Positions 25,399 through 35,172 of a stretch of DNA of 64,000 nucleotides are shown one piece after another; position 1 is the stretch's first letter, and each line of letters opens with the position of its first letter. The notes under the pieces were generated by a model. The model made no database searches and was not told the DNA's origin. It was given only the letters and a program-made list of their open reading frames with translations. Both the position numbers and the translations under genes were made by a program. This stretch comes from Escherichia coli (GTDB taxonomy: Bacteria; Pseudomonadota; Gammaproteobacteria; Enterobacterales; Enterobacteriaceae). The stretch lies in the NCBI RefSeq assembly GCF_050920415.1, contig NZ_CP169309.1; one strand, written 5' to 3'.

Positions 25399-26613
25399 TT
25401 ACCCACCCGGAGCGACATTTTCCTTTAGCGAGTTATGCTGCGTTTCTTTGCGGCTGCGTAAGCCGATAAACAGTGCCAGTAAAAAACCGATGGCAGCGAT
25501 GGCGGTATCGAACCACATAATATCGGCAATACTTCTTTGGGACAGATGAGCCGTAATCAACGGAATAGTAAAGGTCGCAATACTGCCCGCACTGTAATAG
25601 ATCCCTGTAGCTTTACCTTTAGCGTAGGGGAAACGTTCAGCCATTAACGTCAGGCCAATTTGCACAACACCTCCAGCAGAGGTAAAACCAATGACAAAAG
25701 CAAATATTATCACCACATAAAATGTGGGATGCAGGCAGACGGTAAACAGAGCAATAAATGAGATAAAGGTGTACAGCATCAGTAATGTTGTTGGGCGAAC
25801 GATATTACGAATGAGTGGAGCGGTAATAAATACACAAAGCAGCGAACCCACGGTGTAGATACTGAGTAGTTTGATCGACATAGTGTATGACATGCCTGCA
25901 ACAAATTGTCCGTACTGTGCCAGCCACTGGCTAACCAGATAAAAGGTTGCCATTGAGATATAGCCATATAAGGTATAACTGGCTAAATCGATAATTGAAC
26001 AGCGATGTTCCGTAGAGTTGGTGGCTTTCTCTATGACAGGTAAGCGACGACCCGGATGGGGTGGGAACGTACAACGGTATAAAAACAGAGCATTAATAAA
26101 CATAATGCCTGCGGCAATCATAAAGGACCAGCCGAACCACAGTTCAGCCCACACTAACAGGCTGATGATTAGCGGTAATAAAAATTGCCCGCTGGAAACA
26201 AATGCTTTAATTAAAATATTAGCTGTACCCGGTGAACGTGGAAAAGCTTCCATCAAACTGGGATAGGTGCCTGCATCGAGAAAACTGTTTGCCATTCCCG
26301 CCAGAAAGCCCAAACCATAAGCGATAATGATGTTATTGGTGTGCAGGATGCCAAAAAAGAAGGCCATATAGCAGCACATCCCGAGCATGATAAAAGGGCG
26401 GCGACCAAAGCGATCGGATAATAATCCTGCAAAAAGCAAGACACTTAATCGACCAATACCCAGCGATGAGATAACTATTGAGACGCCTGCGGCATTAGTC
26501 TGCCAAAGCGTCTCCAGCGAGGCCATATTCAGGCTCATCAAAATGACGCCCATACCATGCACCAGGTAATTAAAATACAACCCAAGTGCGGTAGGGAAAT
26601 AGGGATTTTTCAT
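25399..26613 (-). CDS. ydiM: MFS transporter
   Basis: 404 aa, ATG at 26613, about 12 hydrophobic segments. Confidence 0.88.
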   Translation of the reverse strand: MKNPYFPTALGLYFNYLVHGMGVILMSLNMASLETLWQTNAAGVSIVISSLGIGRLSVLLFAGLLSDRFGRRPFIMLGMCCYMAFFFGILHTNNIIIAYGLGFLAGMANSFLDAGTYPSLMEAFPRSPGTANILIKAFVSSGQFLLPLIISLLVWAELWFGWSFMIAAGIMFINALFLYRCTFPPHPGRRLPVIEKATNSTEHRCSIIDLASYTLYGYISMATFYLVSQWLAQYGQFVAGMSYTMSIKLLSIYTVGSLLCVFITAPLIRNIVRPTTLLMLYTFISFIALFTVCLHPTFYVVIIFAFVIGFTSAGGVVQIGLTLMAERFPYAKGKATGIYYSAGSIATFTIPLITAHLSQRSIADIMWFDTAIAAIGFLLALFIGLRSRKETQHNSLKENVAPGG

Positions 26614-26711
26614 AGGTTCTACTTAGCAAAGGTGCTTTAAAAAGTGAAGCGATGTTGTCTCAGCATCCGTTCATTATTGTTGTAACAACGACAATTCCTT
26701 TCTTTGGAAAA

Positions 26712-27068
26712 TTAACAAAGGCGCTCCAGATCGTGTGCATATAATTCAGCGGCTACCGATTGATAGATCTTCCAGTCAATAAAATTGCCATCAGGGTAGA
26801 CACGTTGAAACGCGGTTAAGTCAGGGAAAAAACGCATGGTGTTGTTGCCGATGCGGTTATTTATTTTCTCTATGATGGCATGAAGATGTTTTTTTCGTTG
26901 CTGTCGCATAGCCAACAGTTGCTCGACCACACGATCAGGAATGGCGCATTTGCCATTTTCCCACTGACGCCAGCTTTCACTGTCACCGGTCTGGGCAATC
27001 CAGGTCGCGCATTCATCAATAGTCATGGCAAAAATATGGCGAAGTGCCTGGAGTTCATAAGCGTTCAT
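26712..27068 (-). CDS. ydiL: DUF1870-type small protein YdiL
   Basis: 118 aa from in-frame ATG (MNAYELQALRHIF); the ORF-track start at 27095 is TTG. Confidence 0.75.
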   Translation of the reverse strand: MNAYELQALRHIFAMTIDECATWIAQTGDSESWRQWENGKCAIPDRVVEQLLAMRQQRKKHLHAIIEKINNRIGNNTMRFFPDLTAFQRVYPDGNFIDWKIYQSVAAELYAHDLERLC

Positions 27069-27206
27069 CGTGTAATGGCTGCATGAAATAAACAATAAAA
27101 TATAAATAACATTATCAGCCTGCCGACGGCTTGAAGAGAGTCACAGTATCTTGTGCAACATTATTGGAAAGAGTGAGGGGGCGAGGTAGCGAAGCGGAAA
27201 AATGTT

Positions 27207-27312
27207 AAAAAAAAGCCCATCGTGGGAGATGGGCAAAGACTACACACAGCAATTCGTTGTTTCACTCAGGGGATTTCCATGCTTATAAATCAATATGTTG
27301 ATTTATAACCGT
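27207..27312 (-). ncRNA. rprA: RprA small regulatory RNA (Hfq-dependent activator of rpoS translation)
   Basis: Reverse complement reads ACGGTTATAAATCAACATATTGATTTATAAGCATGGAAATCCCCTGAGTGAAACAACGAATTGCTGTGTGTAGTCTTTGCCCATCTCCCACGATGGGCTTTTTTTT, recognised as RprA with its intrinsic terminator. Confidence 0.88.
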
Positions 27313-27497
27313 GAGCTAATAGTAGGCATACGGACTTTTTGCGTCGATCAGATTCGTCTCATTAGTTTAAAAACTGTAAAGAATTTGCGACAGGTACTAC
27401 CAGCTGAAAGGCGGTAAGCAGGAAAATATAGTGAAGAGCAAGCAAATATCAATTAGCGGTGGTTAACAATCAGGCGGCAGAACCGCCTGATGAGAAA

Positions 27498-28610
27498 TTA
27501 CTTATTCGGTTTCTCGATTTCGCCAAGTTCTTCGAGAACTTCTTCCGGTTGGTCAGTCGGCGGTGGGACTTCTTCCACCCACGCGGCAAACAGACGCCAG
27601 GAAACGGCTAACAGAACCGGACCAATAAACAGACCGATCATCCCGAAAGCAATCAAACCACCAATAACGCCAGAGAGGATCAGGATCAGCGGTAAATCGG
27701 CACCCATGCGAATTAACATTGGGCGGATGACGTTATCCAGCGTGCCAACCACACCGCTCCACACTAACAATACCGTTCCCCAGGTGGTATCGCCGGTCCA
27801 GTAGAGCCAGATAATCGCCGGAATCAGTACCGGCAATGGGCCAAGCTGGACAAGGCAGGAGAGGATCATTAACACCGTGAGCAACGTTGCATAAGGTACG
27901 CCGGATACCGCGAGGCCGATACCGCCAAGCACTGCCTGTACTAACGCTGTCACCACAACACCCAGCGCCACTGCGCGGATAGCTTGTGCCGCTAGCAGCA
28001 CGGCGGCATCTCCACGAACGCCTGCCAGACGGGTAGCAAAATGGCGAATGCCTTGCGCCACTTGTTCACCGCGCCAATACAGCAGGGCGCTGAAGAGAAG
28101 CATCAGCGCACAATGCACCATAAAGCGCCCGATATGCGCCGCCTGCCCAACGAACCAGGTGGTGGTGGTGCCAATATAAGGACGGACTTTGGCCATGATC
28201 GCCGTGCCTCCCATATCCAGCAAGTTGTGCCAGCCTGCATACAGCTTCGTGCCAATCACCGGTATGGTATTAAGCCATGCCAGATCGGGTAACGTCATGT
28301 CACCGCTGGAAATGGCTTTAATCAGTGGACCGCTGCCATCGACAATACTGTTAACCAGCAAAGCAATAGGGATGATAAACACCATCACTAATAACAGCGT
28401 CATCACCAGAACGGCAAGAGAGCGGCGACCAAACATGATCTTTTGCAAACGTAACAATACCGGCCAGGTGGCGATAACCACCGTACCAGCCCATGCAAAG
28501 CCGAGAATAAAGGGTTGTACAATCCACAGACATGCCACAATCATGATGGCTAAAAACAGCACCGAAAGCAGAATTTGTGCGACATCCCTGGGCTGACGAA
28601 CATTTACCAT
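27498..28610 (-). CDS. ydiK: AI-2E (UPF0118) family inner-membrane transporter
   Basis: 370 aa, ATG at 28610, N-terminus MVNVRQPRDVAQILLSVLFLAIMIV. Confidence 0.9.
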   Translation of the reverse strand: MVNVRQPRDVAQILLSVLFLAIMIVACLWIVQPFILGFAWAGTVVIATWPVLLRLQKIMFGRRSLAVLVMTLLLVMVFIIPIALLVNSIVDGSGPLIKAISSGDMTLPDLAWLNTIPVIGTKLYAGWHNLLDMGGTAIMAKVRPYIGTTTTWFVGQAAHIGRFMVHCALMLLFSALLYWRGEQVAQGIRHFATRLAGVRGDAAVLLAAQAIRAVALGVVVTALVQAVLGGIGLAVSGVPYATLLTVLMILSCLVQLGPLPVLIPAIIWLYWTGDTTWGTVLLVWSGVVGTLDNVIRPMLIRMGADLPLILILSGVIGGLIAFGMIGLFIGPVLLAVSWRLFAAWVEEVPPPTDQPEEVLEELGEIEKPNK

Positions 28611-28998
28611 AACTACTTTTCACCTTTTTTGTGCGTCAAATCGTCGACGCGACGTGAACACGCGAAACTCACCTGCATAATGATGAGCAATTTCAGCGGT
28701 TTTTAACAGGCCGATTCTGCCCTTAATTCTGATGGGCGTGTTAGAAAAAAATGTGGTACAACAACTCAGGCAACACGCAAACGATTTACTCGTCGTATTT
28801 CAAATTGCATGTGCTGCGGCTACGTTCGTTCACCCCAGTCACTTACTTTTGTAAGCTCCTGGAGTTCACTCGCTTGCCGCCTTCCTGCAACTCGAAATCC
28901 ATAGAGTAAACAAACATCACCTTTCAGTGCGCTATTGCAGCCGCCTGAAAGAATAGTGTATCGACCTACATCACAGACCGCAGGAAAGGGTCAATATA

Positions 28999-31900
28999 AT
29001 GATTCCACAGATTTCCCAGGCACCCGGCGTCGTTCAACTGGTGCTTAATTTTTTGCAAGAGCTGGAGCAACAGGGTTTTACCGGTGATACGGCGACAAGT
29101 TATGCCGATCGTCTGACAATGTCGACCGACAACAGTATTTACCAACTTCTCCCCGATGCGGTGGTATTTCCGCGTTCAACCGCAGATGTGGCGCTGATCG
29201 CCCGTCTTGCCGCGCAGGAACGCTATTCTTCGCTGATCTTTACCCCCCGCGGCGGCGGCACCGGCACTAACGGTCAGGCGCTCAACCAGGGGATTATTGT
29301 TGATATGTCCCGCCATATGAACCGCATCATCGAAATTAACCCTGAAGAGGGCTGGGTGCGCGTTGAGGCCGGGGTGATAAAAGATCAACTCAATCAGTAC
29401 CTGAAACCGTTCGGCTACTTTTTTGCGCCGGAACTTTCGACCAGCAACCGGGCAACGCTCGGTGGGATGATCAATACCGATGCATCCGGTCAGGGATCGC
29501 TGGTCTATGGCAAAACGTCAGATCACGTACTTGGCGTACGCGCGGTGTTGTTGGGGGGCGATATTCTCGATACGCAACCTTTACCCGTCGAACTGGCGGA
29601 AACGCTGGGTAAATCCAATACTACAATCGGGCGAATTTATAACACGGTTTATCAACGTTGCCGTCAGCAACGTCAGTTAATTATCGACAAATTCCCCAAA
29701 CTTAACCGTTTTCTGACGGGTTACGATCTGCGTCATGTCTTTAACGATGAGATGACTGAGTTCGACCTGACGCGCATTCTGACGGGTTCAGAAGGGACGC
29801 TGGCCTTTATTACCGAAGCGCGGCTGGATATTACGCCCTTGCCTAAAGTGCGCCGTCTGGTGAACGTCAAATATGACTCTTTTGACTCCGCGCTGCGTAA
29901 CGCGCCGTTTATGGTTGAGGCGCGGGCGCTTTCGGTAGAGACGGTGGACTCAAAAGTGCTGAATCTGGCGCGGGAAGATATTGTCTGGCATTCCGTCAGC
30001 GAGTTGATTACCGATGTGCCTGACAAAGAAATGCTCGGGCTGAACATTGTGGAATTTGCTGGTGATGATGAGACGCTGATTGATGAGCGGGTAAATGCAC
30101 TCTGTGCGCGGTTGGATGAACTGATTGCCAGCCAACAGGCAGGTGTGATTGGCTGGCAGGTGTGCCGCGAACTGGCGGGTGTTGAACGTATCTATGCGAT
30201 GCGCAAAAAAGCCGTTGGTCTGCTTGGCAATGCCAAAGGTGCCGCTAAGCCAATTCCGTTTGCTGAGGATACCTGCGTACCGCCGGAACATCTGGCCGAT
30301 TATATTGCTGAATTTCGCGCGCTGCTCGACAGCCACGGCTTAAGCTACGGTATGTTCGGTCATGTCGACGCAGGCGTCTTACACGTCCGTCCGGCACTGG
30401 ATATGTGCGATCCACAACAAGAGATTTTGATGAAGCAAATCTCTGATGACGTGGTGGCGCTGACTGCGAAATACGGTGGTTTGTTGTGGGGCGAGCACGG
30501 CAAAGGTTTTCGTGCCGAATACAGCCCGGCGTTTTTCGGTGAGGAACTTTTTGCAGAACTGCGCAAAGTGAAAGCGGCATTTGACCCGCATAACCGACTC
30601 AACCCAGGGAAGATTTGCCCGCCAGAAGGTCTCGATGCGCCGATGATGAAAGTGGACGCGGTGAAGCGCGGTACATATGACCGGCAGATCCCCATTGCGG
30701 TACGCCAGCAGTGGCGCGGTGCGATGGAGTGTAACGGCAACGGTTTATGCTTCAACTTTGATGCCCGTAGTCCGATGTGTCCGTCGATGAAGATCACCCA
30801 GAACCGGATTCATTCACCGAAAGGGCGCGCAACGCTGGTGCGTGAATGGCTGCGCTTGTTGGCGGATCGCGGCATTGACCCACTCAAACTGGAACAAGAA
30901 CTGCCTGAATCCGGCGTCAGTTTGCGGACGTTAATTGCCCGCACGCGCAATAGCTGGCATGCGAATAAAGGCGAATATGACTTCTCACACGAAGTCAAAG
31001 AGGCGATGTCGGGCTGTCTGGCCTGTAAAGCTTGTTCGACCCAGTGCCCCATCAAAATTGATGTGCCGGAGTTTCGCTCTCGTTTCCTGCAGCTCTATCA
31101 CACACGTTATTTACGCCCATTACGTGACCATTTGGTGGCAACGGTTGAGAGCTACGCGCCGCTGATGGCACGCGCGCCGAAAACCTTTAACTTCTTCATT
31201 AACCAGCCGCTGGTGCGCAAACTCTCGGAAAAACATATCGGCATGGTTGATTTGCCACTGCTGTCGGTTCCCTCGCTGCAACAACAAATGGTGGGGCATC
31301 GCTCGGCAAACATGACGCTGGAACAGCTTGAAGTTCTCAATGCAGAGCAGAAATCGCGCACGGTGTTGGTGGTGCAGGACCCCTTTACCAGCTATTACGA
31401 TGCGCAAGTGGTGGCGGATTTTGTCCGTCTGGTCGAAAAATTAGGTTTCCAGCCCGTGTTACTGCCATTTTCGCCGAATGGCAAAGCCCAGCATATCAAA
31501 GGCTTTCTTAATCGTTTTGCGAAGACGGCGAAAAAAACGGCGGATTTTCTCAACCGAATGGCGAAATTGGGAATGCCAATGGTGGGCGTCGATCCAGCGC
31601 TGGTACTTTGTTATCGCGATGAATATAAACTGGCGCTGGGCGAGGAGCGTGGCGAGTTTAAGGTCTTACTGGCGAATGAATGGTTGGCAAGCATACTTGA
31701 GTCACAGCCAGTGGCTACAGTCAGCGGTGAATCATGGTATTTCTTTGGTCACTGTACCGAAGTTACCGCCTTGCCGGGCGCGCCAGCACAATGGGCGGCA
31801 ATATTTGCCCGTTTTGGCGCGAAACTGGAAAATGTCAGCGTGGGTTGCTGCGGCATGGCAGGGACTTACGGACATGAAGCGAAAAACCATAAAAATTCGC

Positions 31901-32055
31901 TCGGGATCTATGAGTTATCCTGGCATCAGGCGATGCAGCGACTGCCGCGTAATCGCTGTCTGGCGACCGGATATTCCTGTCGCAGCCAGGTAAAACGGGT
32001 TGAAGGCACGGGGGTACGCCATCCTGTGCAGGCTTTACTGGAGATTATTAAATGA
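28999..32055 (+). CDS. ydiJ: FAD-linked oxidoreductase with C-terminal Fe-S/CCG domains (D-2-hydroxyglutarate dehydrogenase, YdiJ)
   Basis: 1018 aa; FAD-binding PCMH-type region near N-terminus, Cys motifs (CLACKACSTQCP) mid-protein; stop overlaps menI start. Confidence 0.93.
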   Translation: MIPQISQAPGVVQLVLNFLQELEQQGFTGDTATSYADRLTMSTDNSIYQLLPDAVVFPRSTADVALIARLAAQERYSSLIFTPRGGGTGTNGQALNQGIIVDMSRHMNRIIEINPEEGWVRVEAGVIKDQLNQYLKPFGYFFAPELSTSNRATLGGMINTDASGQGSLVYGKTSDHVLGVRAVLLGGDILDTQPLPVELAETLGKSNTTIGRIYNTVYQRCRQQRQLIIDKFPKLNRFLTGYDLRHVFNDEMTEFDLTRILTGSEGTLAFITEARLDITPLPKVRRLVNVKYDSFDSALRNAPFMVEARALSVETVDSKVLNLAREDIVWHSVSELITDVPDKEMLGLNIVEFAGDDETLIDERVNALCARLDELIASQQAGVIGWQVCRELAGVERIYAMRKKAVGLLGNAKGAAKPIPFAEDTCVPPEHLADYIAEFRALLDSHGLSYGMFGHVDAGVLHVRPALDMCDPQQEILMKQISDDVVALTAKYGGLLWGEHGKGFRAEYSPAFFGEELFAELRKVKAAFDPHNRLNPGKICPPEGLDAPMMKVDAVKRGTYDRQIPIAVRQQWRGAMECNGNGLCFNFDARSPMCPSMKITQNRIHSPKGRATLVREWLRLLADRGIDPLKLEQELPESGVSLRTLIARTRNSWHANKGEYDFSHEVKEAMSGCLACKACSTQCPIKIDVPEFRSRFLQLYHTRYLRPLRDHLVATVESYAPLMARAPKTFNFFINQPLVRKLSEKHIGMVDLPLLSVPSLQQQMVGHRSANMTLEQLEVLNAEQKSRTVLVVQDPFTSYYDAQVVADFVRLVEKLGFQPVLLPFSPNGKAQHIKGFLNRFAKTAKKTADFLNRMAKLGMPMVGVDPALVLCYRDEYKLALGEERGEFKVLLANEWLASILESQPVATVSGESWYFFGHCTEVTALPGAPAQWAAIFARFGAKLENVSVGCCGMAGTYGHEAKNHKNSLGIYELSWHQAMQRLPRNRCLATGYSCRSQVKRVEGTGVRHPVQALLEIIK

Positions 32056-32462
32056 TATGGAAACGAAAAATCACCCTGGAAGCACTGAATGCAATGGGTG
32101 AAGGAAACATGGTGGGGTTGCTGGATATTCGCTTTGAACATATTAGTGATGACACCCTTGAAGCGACAATGCCAGTAGACTCGCGGACAAAGCAGCCTTT
32201 CGGGTTGCTGCATGGAGGGGCATCCGTGGTACTGGCCGAAAGTATCGGTTCCGTTGCCGGTTATTTATGTACCGAAGGTGAGCAAAAGGTGGTTGGTCTG
32301 GAAATCAATGCTAACCACGTCCGCTCGGTACGAGAAGGGCGGGTGCGCGGCGTATGCAAACCGTTGCATCTCGGTTCGCGTCACCAGGTCTGGCAGATTG
32401 AAATCTTCGATGAGAAAGGGCGTTTGTGCTGTTCGTCACGATTGACGACCGCTATTTTGTGA
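32052..32462 (+). CDS. menI: 1,4-dihydroxy-2-naphthoyl-CoA hydrolase (hotdog-fold thioesterase)
   Basis: 136 aa, N-terminus MIWKRKITLEALNAMGEGNMVG matches YdiI/MenI; ATGA overlap with ydiJ. Confidence 0.92.
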   Translation: MIWKRKITLEALNAMGEGNMVGLLDIRFEHISDDTLEATMPVDSRTKQPFGLLHGGASVVLAESIGSVAGYLCTEGEQKVVGLEINANHVRSVREGRVRGVCKPLHLGSRHQVWQIEIFDEKGRLCCSSRLTTAIL

Positions 32463-32561
32463 CGTTGTCACCAGAAAAGTGTGACGCATATTGCTTTTGG
32501 TCATTATCTGCACAGTAAACGGTGGTATACTGTGCAGGTCTTGTCTAAAAGCGAGGATGCT

Positions 32562-32750
32562 ATGTCTACTCAACTTGATCCCACCCAGCTGGCCATTGAA
32601 TTTTTACGTCGTGACCAGAGCAATCTTTCACCTGCCCAATATCTCAAACGTCTGAAACAACTAGAACTTGAATTCGCTGACTTGCTTACTCTCTCTTCTG
32701 CTGAATTAAAAGAAGAAATCTACTTTGCCTGGCGTTTGGGCGTGCATTGA
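32562..32750 (+). CDS. ydiH: Small protein YdiH
   Basis: 62 aa from ATG at 32562 (MSTQLDPTQLAIEFL); the ORF-track 5' extension is rejected. Confidence 0.7.
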   Translation: MSTQLDPTQLAIEFLRRDQSNLSPAQYLKRLKQLELEFADLLTLSSAELKEEIYFAWRLGVH

Positions 32751-32949
32751 TCCTGACGTAATGCCGCGAGTTCGCCAAATCGGCCTGGATTAATCTTCGT
32801 CCAGGTTCGAGGGCCTTCTTAATACTGCTTTTCTACCCGCCTGATAACGTTCAAAAATAATACAAATCGCAGTTTGTGCTAAAACAGCGGCTTAGCTTTA
32901 TGAGACTATTCTTATCGCCCCTTCAAGAGCTAAGCCACTGTGAGTGCCG

Positions 32950-33017
32950 GAGATAAGCGCCGGATGGGGTAGAAACCCTTAAGCCTGTGATGCACAGACT
33001 TAAGGGTTTTCTTATTT
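32950..33017 (+). ncRNA. rydB: Candidate RydB sRNA (boundaries approximate)
   Basis: Strong hairpin aacccttaagcctgtg...cacagacttaagggtt plus T-tract in the ydiH-sufA spacer, where rydB is expected; the RydB sequence itself was not recalled. Confidence 0.4.
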
Positions 33018-33103
33018 CTGAACGCTGCACTTTTTTACCTATCTCTTAAATAGTCATTTTCAATACAACTTTTTCTTTTTCATCTCAGCCTTAATGCTCC
33101 TTA

Positions 33104-33119
33104 GATAATAATCATTATC
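33104..33119 (+). promoter_or_regulatory. Distal Fur-box-like palindrome upstream of sufA
   Basis: gataataatcattatc, a near-perfect GATAAT/ATTATC inverted repeat about 180 bp upstream of the sufA ATG. Confidence 0.45.
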
Positions 33120-33233
33120 TAACAATGAGATACCTAATTCTTAGCGTGCCTGTTAACCCACACATCAGGGTCTATGCTTATTAAAAGCAGGCAAAAAGCA
33201 TGTTTTACGGTAAAGCCCCTGCGTTTGCTGGGT

Positions 33234-33252
33234 TGAACTGATAATCATTATC
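33234..33252 (+). promoter_or_regulatory. Fur box in the sufA promoter
   Basis: gaactgataatcattatca matches the Fur consensus (GATAATGATAATCATTATC), about 50 bp upstream of the sufA ATG. Confidence 0.7.
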
Positions 33253-33298
33253 ACTAACATGCTGTTATACGCTGAAAGCGATGAAGTGAGGTAAATCG

Positions 33299-33667
33299 AT
33301 GGACATGCATTCAGGAACCTTTAATCCACAGGATTTCGCCTGGCAGGGCTTAACGCTGACACCCGCAGCCGCTGTCCACATCCGTGAGCTGGTGGCAAAG
33401 CAACCAGGTATGGTCGGCGTGCGCTTAGGCGTGAAGCAAACGGGCTGCGCGGGATTTGGCTATGTGCTCGACAGTGTTAGCGAGCCAGACAAAGACGATC
33501 TGCTGTTTGAACATGACGGCGCGAAGCTGTTTGTCCCGCTGCAAGCGATGCCGTTTATTGATGGCACGGAAGTCGATTTCGTTCGTGAAGGACTTAATCA
33601 GATATTCAAATTTCACAACCCGAAAGCCCAGAATGAATGTGGCTGTGGCGAAAGCTTTGGGGTATAG
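33299..33667 (+). CDS. sufA: Fe-S cluster assembly A-type carrier
   Basis: 122 aa, N-terminus [22 protein letters not shown]-terminal CGCGESF motif. Confidence 0.95.
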   Translation: MDMHSGTFNPQDFAWQGLTLTPAAAVHIRELVAKQPGMVGVRLGVKQTGCAGFGYVLDSVSEPDKDDLLFEHDGAKLFVPLQAMPFIDGTEVDFVREGLNQIFKFHNPKAQNECGCGESFGV

Positions 33668-33675
33668 GCGGTACT

Positions 33676-35163
33676 ATGTCTCGTAATACTGAAGCAACTG
33701 ACGATGTCAAAACCTGGACCGGCGGCCCGCTGAATTATAAAGAAGGATTCTTCACCCAGTTAGCCACTGATGAGCTGGCAAAGGGGATAAACGAAGAGGT
33801 GGTGCGCGCAATATCGGCGAAGCGTAATGAGCCGGAGTGGATGCTGGAGTTTCGTCTCAAAGCTTATCGCGCATGGCTGGAGATGGAAGAGCCGCACTGG
33901 CTGAAAGCGCACTACGACAAGCTGAATTATCAGGAATACAGCTACTACTCAGCACCATCGTGCGGTAATTGTGACGACACTTGCGCGTCGGAACCCGGCG
34001 CGGTGCAGCAAACTGGCGCGAACTCCTTTTTAAGTAAAGAGGTGGAGGCGGCGTTTGAGCAGTTGGGCGTTCCCGTACGGGAAGGCAAAGAAGTGGCAGT
34101 GGATGCCATTTTCGACTCTGTTTCGGTTGCCACCACTTATCGTGAAAAACTGGCGGAGCAGGGAATTATTTTCTGTTCCTTTGGCGAGGCGATCCACGAT
34201 CACCCGGAACTGGTGCGGAAATATCTCGGCACCGTGGTGCCGGGGAATGACAACTTCTTTGCCGCGCTTAATGCGGCGGTGGCCTCTGACGGTACATTTA
34301 TTTATGTGCCTAAAGGCGTGCGCTGCCCGATGGAACTCTCCACCTATTTTCGCATTAACGCGGAAAAAACCGGACAGTTTGAGCGCACCATTCTGGTGGC
34401 CGACGAAGACAGCTACGTCAGCTACATTGAAGGCTGTTCCGCTCCGGTGCGTGACAGCTATCAGTTACACGCGGCGGTGGTGGAAGTCATCATCCATAAA
34501 AACGCCGAGGTGAAATATTCCACGGTACAAAACTGGTTCCCTGGCGATAACAACACCGGCGGTATTCTCAATTTCGTCACCAAGCGTGCTTTGTGCGAAG
34601 GCGAAAACAGCAAAATGTCATGGACGCAATCAGAAACCGGGTCAGCGATTACGTGGAAATATCCCAGCTGCATTTTGCGCGGCGATAACTCCATTGGTGA
34701 GTTTTACTCGGTGGCACTGACCAGCGGTCATCAGCAAGCGGATACCGGCACCAAGATGATCCACATCGGTAAAAACACCAAATCGACCATTATCTCGAAA
34801 GGGATCTCTGCCGGACACAGCCAGAACAGTTATCGCGGCTTAGTGAAAATCATGCCGACGGCAACCAATGCACGTAACTTCACCCAGTGCGACTCAATGC
34901 TGATAGGCGCTAATTGTGGGGCGCATACTTTCCCGTATGTCGAATGTCGCAATAACAGCGCGCAACTGGAGCACGAGGCAACGACATCACGTATTGGTGA
35001 AGATCAACTGTTTTACTGCCTGCAACGCGGGATCAGCGAAGAAGACGCCATCTCGATGATTGTTAACGGTTTCTGCAAAGACGTGTTCTCAGAACTGCCG
35101 CTGGAATTTGCCGTTGAAGCACAAAAACTCCTCGCCATCAGTCTTGAACACAGCGTCGGATAA
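33676..35163 (+). CDS. sufB: Fe-S cluster assembly scaffold SufB
   Basis: 495 aa from ATG 33676 ([10 protein letters not shown]); the ORF-track 13-codon extension is rejected. Confidence 0.95.
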   Translation: MSRNTEATDDVKTWTGGPLNYKEGFFTQLATDELAKGINEEVVRAISAKRNEPEWMLEFRLKAYRAWLEMEEPHWLKAHYDKLNYQEYSYYSAPSCGNCDDTCASEPGAVQQTGANSFLSKEVEAAFEQLGVPVREGKEVAVDAIFDSVSVATTYREKLAEQGIIFCSFGEAIHDHPELVRKYLGTVVPGNDNFFAALNAAVASDGTFIYVPKGVRCPMELSTYFRINAEKTGQFERTILVADEDSYVSYIEGCSAPVRDSYQLHAAVVEVIIHKNAEVKYSTVQNWFPGDNNTGGILNFVTKRALCEGENSKMSWTQSETGSAITWKYPSCILRGDNSIGEFYSVALTSGHQQADTGTKMIHIGKNTKSTIISKGISAGHSQNSYRGLVKIMPTATNARNFTQCDSMLIGANCGAHTFPYVECRNNSAQLEHEATTSRIGEDQLFYCLQRGISEEDAISMIVNGFCKDVFSELPLEFAVEAQKLLAISLEHSVG

Positions 35164-35172
35164 GGAATAAAC

